From assembly GCA_036479435.1 (NCBI GenBank), contig JAZGFI010000147.1:1-64000 (forward strand): a stretch of DNA of 64,000 nt. The letters run 5' to 3'. This document shows positions 56,953 through 64,000 of this stretch, one piece after another. Made by a program: the position numbers and the translations under genes. The stretch comes from Planctomycetota bacterium. Lineage in GTDB: Bacteria; Planctomycetota; GCA-002687715; DRQF01. Positions within the stretch are counted from its first letter, which is position 1. Each line of letters starts with the position of its first letter. A model generated the notes under the pieces. The model was given only the letters and a program-made list of their open reading frames with translations. It was not told where the DNA came from and ran no database searches.

Positions 56953-59367
56953 CTACTTCACGGCAATCGTGATCATGCGGCCCGGGATATAGCGAAAGAC
57001 CTTCATCTCTTTGCCTTCGACGTAGGCCTGCACGCGCTCATGCGCGAGGGCCAAGGCCTTCAGCGCGTCCTCTTCGATGTCGGCAGAAACTTTGAGTTTG
57101 GCGCGGACCTTTCCGTTGATTTGAACCGGGATTTCGATTTCATCCTCGATGAGGAGCGCCGGATCGGCGGCCGGAAAACTGTGGCGGATAAGGCTTTCCT
57201 GGTGGCCCAAGCGTCTCCAGATCTCTTCGGCAATGTGAGGGGCATAGGGCGCCAACAACAACACGAAGGGCTCCATGATGGCGCGCGGTCGGCGCTCCAT
57301 CTTCCCGATCTCGTTGACGAAGATCATCATCTGTGAAATCGCGGTGTTGAAGCGCAGGTTCTCGGAGTCGCGATCGACCTTGTCGATGGTTTGGTGCAGG
57401 ACTTTGAGAGCGTTTGCTTCAGGTGCGGAGTCATCGACGATGGCGTGGAGTTGATCGTCCTCGTCGAAAAAGAGGCGCCAGACGCGGTTCAAAAAGCGCC
57501 GCGCGCCGTCGAGTCCCGTGTCGCTCCAGGGCTTTTCTTGTTCGATCGGGCCCATGAACATCTCGTAGATGCGCAGGGCATCGGCGCCGTGCGAAGCGAC
57601 AACGTCGCTGGGGTCGACCGAGTTGTCAAAGCGCTTGCCCATCTTGCGGCCGTCATTGCCGAGGATCATGCCCTGGTTGACGAGCTTGGCGAAGGGCTCA
57701 TCGACGGGGCAGACGCCCAGGTCATAAAGGAACTTCGTCCAAAATCGCGAGTAGAGCAAGTGACCAACGGCGTGCTCGGCGCCGCCGAGGTAAAGATCGA
57801 CGGGTAACCACTTCGCGGCCCGGATCGGGTCGCACAATACCTGGCTGTTCTCAGGATCGATGAATCGCATGAAGTACCAAGAGCTCCCGGCGGAACCGGG
57901 CATGGTGTCGGCTTCGCGCTGGCCCTGGGCACCGTTCTCAAGATCGACCTCAATCCACTCGGCCATGGATGCCAGCGGAGATTCCCCGGTGCCGGTGGGC
58001 TGGTAGTTTTCAACTCTGGGAAGGGTCACCGGTAGGTCGCCATCCGCCACGGGATGAGGCTTGCCGTCGGCGTCGTGCACGATGGGGATCGGTTCACCCC
58101 AGTAACGCTGACGCGCAAAGATCCAGTCGCGCAAGCGGTAGCGGACGATGCGTTGGCCGACTTTGTTTTCGACCAGCCAGTCGATCATCTTCGCGATTCC
58201 GTCTTCTTTGCCCAAACCGTTGAGCCAGTCTGAATTGACATGGGGTCCGTCGCCGGTGAAGGCGGCCTCATCGACCTTGCCACCTTTCAGCACTTCGACG
58301 ATGGGCAAGCCAAACTTTGTGGCGAAGGCCCAATCGCGCTCGTCGTGACCCGGCACGCACATGATGGCGCCGGTGCCGTAGCTCATCAGTACGTAGTCCG
58401 CCACCCAAATTTGCACGGGTTGCTTGGTGACCGGGTTGATGGCGAAGGCGCCGGTGAAGACCCCACTTTTTCCGGCCTCGGTTCCTGTACGTGCGATCTC
58501 TGACTTTGCCGCTGCCTCTTTGCGATAGGCGTCGACGGCCTTTTGGTATTCGGCGGTAGTGATGTGGCCGACGAAGCTGTGCTCGGGTGACAGAACACAA
58601 AAGGTCGCGCCGAACATCGTGTCCGGGCGGGTGGTGAAGACCTCGAGTTTCAACTCGTGGTCGACGATGGCGAAGGTGGCGTCCGCACCTTCCGAGCGGC
58701 CAATGCGATCGCGCTGCATCGCCTTGATGGACTCGGGGAAGTCGACGCGCTCTAAACCTTCCAACAGGCGGTCGGCGTATTCGGTGATGCGCAGCATCCA
58801 CTGTTTCATCGGCTTGCGCTCAACCGGATGGCTGCCACGTTCGCTCTTGCCGTCGATGACTTCGTCGTTGGCCAAGACTGTGCCGAGGGCAGGGCACCAA
58901 TTGACGAGGGCTTCAGACTGGTAGGCGAGGCCCTTTTCGAAAAGCTTCAAAAAGATCCACTGCGTCCAGCGGTAGTAGTCGGCGTCGTAGGTGCCGAACT
59001 CACGGTCCCAATCGTAGGAGAAACCGACGAGTTTCAACTGCTTGCGGAAGGCATCGACGTTGGCCTTGGTCGAAACCTCGGGATGGACACCCTGTTCAAT
59101 GGCGTATTGTTCGGCGGGGAGACCAAAAGCATCCCAACCCATGGGGTGCAAGACCTCAAAGCCCTTCATTCTTTTGTAACGGGCAACAATGTCGCTGCCG
59201 GTGTAACCCTCGACATGTCCGACGTGGAGGCCCGAACCGGAAGGGTAGGGGAACATGTCTAGGACGTAATAGCTGGGCCGCTCCGAATCGGTATCGGTGC
59301 GGAAGCTGTCGTTGGCTTCCCAGTGCTTTTGCCAGCGCGGTTCGATCGTCGAGGGATCGTAGGCCAT
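56953..59367 (-). CDS. leuS: Leucine--tRNA ligase
   Basis: MFPYPSGSGLHVGH, GWDAFGLPAE, FTTRPDT, GTGAIM, RQRYWG, GGAEHA, KMGKR. Confidence 0.97.
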   Translation of the reverse strand: MAYDPSTIEPRWQKHWEANDSFRTDTDSERPSYYVLDMFPYPSGSGLHVGHVEGYTGSDIVARYKRMKGFEVLHPMGWDAFGLPAEQYAIEQGVHPEVSTKANVDAFRKQLKLVGFSYDWDREFGTYDADYYRWTQWIFLKLFEKGLAYQSEALVNWCPALGTVLANDEVIDGKSERGSHPVERKPMKQWMLRITEYADRLLEGLERVDFPESIKAMQRDRIGRSEGADATFAIVDHELKLEVFTTRPDTMFGATFCVLSPEHSFVGHITTAEYQKAVDAYRKEAAAKSEIARTGTEAGKSGVFTGAFAINPVTKQPVQIWVADYVLMSYGTGAIMCVPGHDERDWAFATKFGLPIVEVLKGGKVDEAAFTGDGPHVNSDWLNGLGKEDGIAKMIDWLVENKVGQRIVRYRLRDWIFARQRYWGEPIPIVHDADGKPHPVADGDLPVTLPRVENYQPTGTGESPLASMAEWIEVDLENGAQGQREADTMPGSAGSSWYFMRFIDPENSQVLCDPIRAAKWLPVDLYLGGAEHAVGHLLYSRFWTKFLYDLGVCPVDEPFAKLVNQGMILGNDGRKMGKRFDNSVDPSDVVASHGADALRIYEMFMGPIEQEKPWSDTGLDGARRFLNRVWRLFFDEDDQLHAIVDDSAPEANALKVLHQTIDKVDRDSENLRFNTAISQMMIFVNEIGKMERRPRAIMEPFVLLLAPYAPHIAEEIWRRLGHQESLIRHSFPAADPALLIEDEIEIPVQINGKVRAKLKVSADIEEDALKALALAHERVQAYVEGKEMKVFRYIPGRMITIAVK

Positions 59368-59493
59368 GATGAATCTCTTTTTGGTCTTCGAGAGCTTTGG
59401 CGCGGATTCTAACGGTTGCAGCGACGCTCCTCTATGCGAAACCTTGACTTCGCCAGGGAGGCCTTCAAGGGCGCGGCGTCGCCCTCAGGAAAG

Positions 59494-60666
59494 CTATGTC
59501 GCCCTTAGGAGCGAGCGCGCGTACTCATATTCGCGCGCGATATCGGCCACGAGATCCTCGTCCTGAGCCTGAGCCGCGGCACCAGGGATGGCGTGCCACG
59601 AGTAGGTCTCGATCTCGAAATGCTCGACAGTCCCGAGTTCGAGCGCGGTCTTAGTGGCCGCTTCGAGGTCTGGCCGCGTGGTCAATAGACCCTCGCCGGC
59701 CTCTGCCCAGTAGATGGGGACGTGGAAGTGGATACGCGCTTCGGCGTCGTCGCGTGAGTCGATCAGCTCAAGATACTCGGGAAGATCCTCAAAGGCGTCG
59801 AGCAAACCGTCATGCCGTTTGGCGATGACTTGGTGCAGGTAGCGAGGCTCGGCGTAGCCGGCAAGCCTTTCCACCGCCACCGCGCGGTCGCCCGGACGTT
59901 CGAGCCGCAAGGCCGTCGACATCTGCATCTTGGCGATTCGAATCCCTGCGCTTTTAAAACGACGAAGGGACTCATCGGCGTCTTCGAATTCGACGGCCTG
60001 ATGGCAGGTGTCGTAGCAGGTGCCAAGGTGCCTGCGGATTCGATGTTCCTCCGAGCGCGTGCTGAGCAGAGATTGAAAAAAGTCAATCCACTCTCGGCTG
60101 GTTTCGAAAGCGCATCCAGGTTCGGGCTCGACGGCAAGAACGATCTCACGCCCGGTGTCTTTTTCGATGCGTTCGAGCCCTTCGGCTGCGAGCCGGAGAT
60201 TTTTTGCGATCAACTCGTAATCAACGCTCTCGAATTCCTTGTAGGAGCCGGGGAGAGTGCTGACCGACTGAAAAGTTGAGCGCGTCGGAAGATGCGCCAT
60301 GATCTGCGCTACCCGCAGCGTATAGCGCAGCCGCTCGCCTTGTTGCCAATCCGGGCGATAGACTTCGGTCTTGACGCGGGCTGCATGGAAATCGCCCAGC
60401 GGAAAGGCGTTGGCGGTCAGAGCGTAGGCGTTCAGGGTATCGAGAGTGCTGCGCAGTCGGGCGAGAAGTTTGGGCTGTTGCACGAACTGCTTTGCGGCAT
60501 CCCCGCCGAAGAACAGTCCCATCGCTAAAGGTTCAGTGCTGCCCAACTTGGCGCGCAGTGGCGGCACGAAGCGTTCGAGATTGGCGATCAACTCTTCGGC
60601 GGACGCGGTCGGATGAACGTTGCCGCAGTAGGTCAGGTGCCGAGGAGGTGAATTGGCGATTTCCAT
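59494..60666 (-). CDS. eboE: Metabolite traffic protein EboE (TIM barrel)
   Basis: HLTYCGNVHP, NAFPLGDFH..VKTEVY.PDW, EPEPGC, CYDTCHQAVEFE, HFHVPI, EIETYSW. Confidence 0.88.
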   Translation of the reverse strand: MEIANSPPRHLTYCGNVHPTASAEELIANLERFVPPLRAKLGSTEPLAMGLFFGGDAAKQFVQQPKLLARLRSTLDTLNAYALTANAFPLGDFHAARVKTEVYRPDWQQGERLRYTLRVAQIMAHLPTRSTFQSVSTLPGSYKEFESVDYELIAKNLRLAAEGLERIEKDTGREIVLAVEPEPGCAFETSREWIDFFQSLLSTRSEEHRIRRHLGTCYDTCHQAVEFEDADESLRRFKSAGIRIAKMQMSTALRLERPGDRAVAVERLAGYAEPRYLHQVIAKRHDGLLDAFEDLPEYLELIDSRDDAEARIHFHVPIYWAEAGEGLLTTRPDLEAATKTALELGTVEHFEIETYSWHAIPGAAAQAQDEDLVADIAREYEYARSLLRAT

Positions 60667-60743
60667 GTTCTCTAGATAGCAGAATAGATGCTCTGGGCCC
60701 TAAGATCTCTTCTCAGCCGAGTCTTGGGCCGGCCCAACTCTGT

Positions 60744-62753
60744 TCAGAGGACGAAGTGATCGATGTGCCGCAGGGGACTCATCATCGCCGCGGGTTCGGC
60801 GAGTTCCATGAGCTCGGGCGAACAAGGTAGGGTAGTGTGCCCTTCGGTGATCGAGCGCCACAAGGCGACCGGCTTGGACTTTTCGAGGAAAGCCTCGCGG
60901 TCGCGCCGTCTGCGGAAAGAAACCACGATGGGGCCGCAACCGACCTCATCCGCGAGATAGCGGAAGAGGAGATCTTCGTCGGTTTCGCTCAGGTTGATGC
61001 CCGGATCAACGTAGATGCGGGCGAAAGCGCCATCAACCGTCAACGCCGATTCCAAGCGATGAACCGCATAAACGAGAGCATTAGTCGAAGCGCTAGGCCG
61101 CGTCTCGTAGACCGGATTGAGCAGACCGTCAAAGCGAAGCGGCGCCCTTTCGGCCATGATGCCCTGCAAGGTTGGGATGAGTGATTCGTTGAGCTGAGCG
61201 GCTAACGCTGCCTCAGGCGCCACGGCATCTGCGCTTGCTGTTTGCCGTTCGGCGGCGCCCACCCGGCGGTCGAGTTCGCGCTCGGCGTTTTTCAGTTGGC
61301 GAAGGGTTCGGCTCATGAGGTCGATTTCGACGTCGCGCCGAATCTCGGCCTCTACCTGTTCCGCCAGATTCTCTCGGTTTGAAACGAGCGCCTTGGTCCA
61401 CTGGCCAGCGATGGCAAGTGCCGCATGGGTGGCGCGAATGAGGGGCACCTCTGGCGTGCCGCCGCCGCTGCTTCTTGTGGTTTGCCCCAAGGGTCGTTCG
61501 AGGTTGACGAGTAGTTGCTCAAGCTGGGCTTTCTCGCGCGGATCATCGCGGTAGGGGGCTAGCCACTCCGCGACTTCCTTGCCGGCTTCGCGCGTGGCGA
61601 CCCGGTCGACGACGCGGCGAAGACTTGTCGAGTCGATTTCATCTAAGTCGGCGGGGGCCCCGACCCGCGCGATACGCTTCAGGCCTTCCTCGCGAAGATC
61701 GGTGAGTTTGCGACGGGCGATGGTGAGCGCCTTGGCGCGGCGAAAAAGGCCCAGGCCGCGCAAACCGGCTCCGATAAGGCTGGCGATCGCTGCAATTGAG
61801 GCAACGGCAAGCCCAAACTCTGCAAGCGCTTGACTAAAAAGCCATAGGCCAAACGCAAAGAGTGCCAGACCTGCGGTACAAGTCGCCGTCGCCACGGCCA
61901 TGCCGATGAAGCCATCGCCGCGGCGGCGCGTGTGTTGACGTAGACGTTCGTACTGACTCTCTGCGTTTTCGAGCTGCCCGGCGAGCGTCTCAATTCCGCT
62001 CAATAAGGCGGCTACGGGAAGTCGTGAATCCGAGCGAGTGGGGGCAAGCTTACGACCCATGTCATCCAAAAGCTGGATACGGCGGCGCAGCAGTCGGGCG
62101 TCGATCTCGCGGGCCTGATTCAGAGACTCGAGCAACTCCCCGACGGCCGGGGGATCGATCGGTTCGACATGGTCGCCGCCCGATTCTTCTTTGAGTGTCT
62201 TTAGAGCGGCTTCAACCTGGCTCCGGCGGTCGCTAATGGCCGATTTTTCTTCGAGCAAGACATCGAGGTCTAGCTCATTGCTGTTCACCTTCGGCAGCTC
62301 GGCTCGAAGTCGCCGACCCAAAGACTTGGGATCGGCCGCGTCGTCTTTCCCAGGCTGTTCGCGATCGTCGAGGCGATAGCGCTTTTCGAAGGCTTCGCGA
62401 TTTAGTCCCAGGATCTCATGGCCGAGGCTCTGATGACAGGTTTGGGCCGACTGCCCCGGATAGGTCAACCTAGTTTGCCGGGTCACCCAATCTCTAGATG
62501 CAGTCGTCACCTGCCCCTTGGGGCCGCGAAAGGTCAAAGCCGCGGATACCAGCTGTGATGGGGTTTCATCGGAGTAGAGAATTCTCGTCAACAGATCGCC
62601 CAGATCCGCAGATTCGAGGCCTTTCGGCAAATCAACCAAGGTTAACTGGTCTTGGCCCAACTCGACCGCCACGGGTTCTTCACCCTCAAACTGTAGGTGA
62701 ATAGACTCGAGTCTGAGAGAGCCGTTTCGGATTAGATCAATCGTCGCGGGCAT
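60744..62753 (-). CDS. Degenerate SMC/YhaN (AAA_27)-like coiled-coil membrane protein
   Basis: Head-coil-2TM-coil-head layout; Walker A, signature and Walker B motifs are eroded. Confidence 0.55.
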   Translation of the reverse strand: MPATIDLIRNGSLRLESIHLQFEGEEPVAVELGQDQLTLVDLPKGLESADLGDLLTRILYSDETPSQLVSAALTFRGPKGQVTTASRDWVTRQTRLTYPGQSAQTCHQSLGHEILGLNREAFEKRYRLDDREQPGKDDAADPKSLGRRLRAELPKVNSNELDLDVLLEEKSAISDRRSQVEAALKTLKEESGGDHVEPIDPPAVGELLESLNQAREIDARLLRRRIQLLDDMGRKLAPTRSDSRLPVAALLSGIETLAGQLENAESQYERLRQHTRRRGDGFIGMAVATATCTAGLALFAFGLWLFSQALAEFGLAVASIAAIASLIGAGLRGLGLFRRAKALTIARRKLTDLREEGLKRIARVGAPADLDEIDSTSLRRVVDRVATREAGKEVAEWLAPYRDDPREKAQLEQLLVNLERPLGQTTRSSGGGTPEVPLIRATHAALAIAGQWTKALVSNRENLAEQVEAEIRRDVEIDLMSRTLRQLKNAERELDRRVGAAERQTASADAVAPEAALAAQLNESLIPTLQGIMAERAPLRFDGLLNPVYETRPSASTNALVYAVHRLESALTVDGAFARIYVDPGINLSETDEDLLFRYLADEVGCGPIVVSFRRRRDREAFLEKSKPVALWRSITEGHTTLPCSPELMELAEPAAMMSPLRHIDHFVL

Positions 62754-63043
62754 GGGACCTTCTCTGGAGCGGGTAGACTTTCATGACTATCTTCGGATCA
62801 GGAGGGGCTGGGACTTTATGCCGCAGCGGGTTTTTATTCAGTAACCTTCCCTCACTCGCGGCTGATCGGCTTGCGGTCGCTTGAGGGGGAGGAGAGTTGA
62901 CTTTGGATTTGAAAGTGTAGTGAAAAGCGTCTGACGCAATTGTTGTGGGTTTGTTTTGGTGTTTGGGATTGTTGGCTTGGGTTCTTTTCGTTCGCGGCTT
63001 ATCCGGTCAAATCACTGGAGTGTGAGGCCCAAAGGAGTGTCTT

Positions 63044-64000
63044 TTGCGGCTAGAAGGTCAAAAACTCATGAGCGCGGCGACGCGGCTGGCGGCGGCAGAA
63101 GGTCTTGAGCCAGCCGGGGGGCTGGCCTTGTCGGAGATCGGTGACGATCGCTTTGAGGCTTGGCTCGAACGTGGCTTTGATGGTGAGATGGGCTACTTGC
63201 GTCGCTATCGCGATCGCCGGTTACGTCCATTGGAGTTTTTTCAGCCCTACGTCGCGGTGATGACTTTCTTGGCGCCCTACGAGCGCACACCGGCTTCGGA
63301 TGATCCTCAGATCGGAGATATCGCCCGTTACGCCCTCGGCGACGACTACCACGAAGTCCTAAAAGCCAAACTTCGACGCGTCGTCGAGTCGTTGCAAGAA
63401 CTAGACCCAGACTTTGAGGGCCGTCCGCTCGTCGACACGGCTCCGATCTTGGAAAAGCTCGCCGCCGCTCGCGCCGGATTGGGCTGGCAGGGAAAGCACA
63501 GCAACCTTATTCGCCAAGATCGCGGATCTTGGTTTTTCCTCGCGGAGCTTTTGGTGAACCGGCCGCTGCCGTTGCCGCCGGCGGAAGCGTCGCCCAACCG
63601 CTGCGGAACTTGTGTCGCCTGCATCGATGTCTGTCCGACTCAGGCTATCGTTGAGCCCTACGTCGTCGACGCCCGGCGCTGCATTTCGTATTTGACCATC
63701 GAACTGCGCGGTCCCATCCCCCACGAGTTTCGTCCTTTCATCGGCAATCGCATCTTCGGCTGTGACGACTGCCAAGCTATTTGCCCTTGGAATCGTTTTG
63801 CCACGGAGTCTCCCATTGCGGAGTTTCGAGCGCGCCCCGGGCTGCGCAATCGCACCTTGACCGAGTGGCTAAAGATGTCGCTTGAGGATTGGCGCGTCAC
63901 TTTTCGGCGCTCGGCTGTAAAGCGCGCCAAGTATGCTGGTTTTAAGCGCAACGTCGCGGTGGCTCTGGGATGTGCGGCCGATGCGGCGACAATCCCGGAC
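63044..64000 (+). CDS. queG: Epoxyqueuosine reductase QueG (3' end beyond window; not in the ORF track)
   Basis: Manual translation gives GEMGYL, IARYALGDDYH, VDTAPILEK, AGLGWQGK, GSWFFL, CGTCVACIDVCPT, RRCISYLTIE, FGCDDCQAICPWN. The start is either TTG 63044 (after AAAGGAG) or ATG 63068. Confidence 0.95.
   Translation, partial: MRLEGQKLMSAATRLAAAEGLEPAGGLALSEIGDDRFEAWLERGFDGEMGYLRRYRDRRLRPLEFFQPYVAVMTFLAPYERTPASDDPQIGDIARYALGDDYHEVLKAKLRRVVESLQELDPDFEGRPLVDTAPILEKLAAARAGLGWQGKHSNLIRQDRGSWFFLAELLVNRPLPLPPAEASPNRCGTCVACIDVCPTQAIVEPYVVDARRCISYLTIELRGPIPHEFRPFIGNRIFGCDDCQAICPWNRFATESPIAEFRARPGLRNRTLTEWLKMSLEDWRVTFRRSAVKRAKYAGFKRNVAVALGCAADAATIPD

Overview
This is a GC-rich bacterial chromosomal segment. 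It is probably Planctomycetota (inference from the ECF/zinc-anti-sigma-HEAT pair, FGE-sulfatase, PQQ-repeat and Hanks-kinase proteins, and a TPR-alphaCTD protein). Most of it is housekeeping: typA, rho, rpmH, ruvA, ffh, rpsP, maf, ctpA, larB, carA, purA, uppS, cdsA, phoH, ybeY, kdsA, rluD, prkA-yeaH-spoVR, leuS and a partial queG. There is also an ECF sigma/anti-sigma/PspC/PQQ/GldAFG-like ABC cluster. The most unusual elements are: (1) a stand-alone TPR protein with two tandem RNA polymerase alpha-CTD domains; (2) a ~3.9 kb island (43.5-47.4 kb) with an intact TIR-NB-ARC-TPR NLR-like gene, remnants of CHAT and AAA_14/DUF4143 genes and a 44-bp palindrome; (3) an apparently inactive EndoIII-fold Fe-S protein fused to a histone-H1-like tail; (4) a MarR module (nitroreductase plus QueG-like/SCP2 reductase) with two identical palindromic operators; (5) a Rho with a 13x8-aa Arg/Asp repeat in place of its N-terminal helical bundle; (6) several degenerate pseudo-enzymes and long perfect hairpins. 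No rRNA, tRNA, CRISPR array, integrase or transposase was seen. All assignments come from motif recognition by eye, and no database searches were run.
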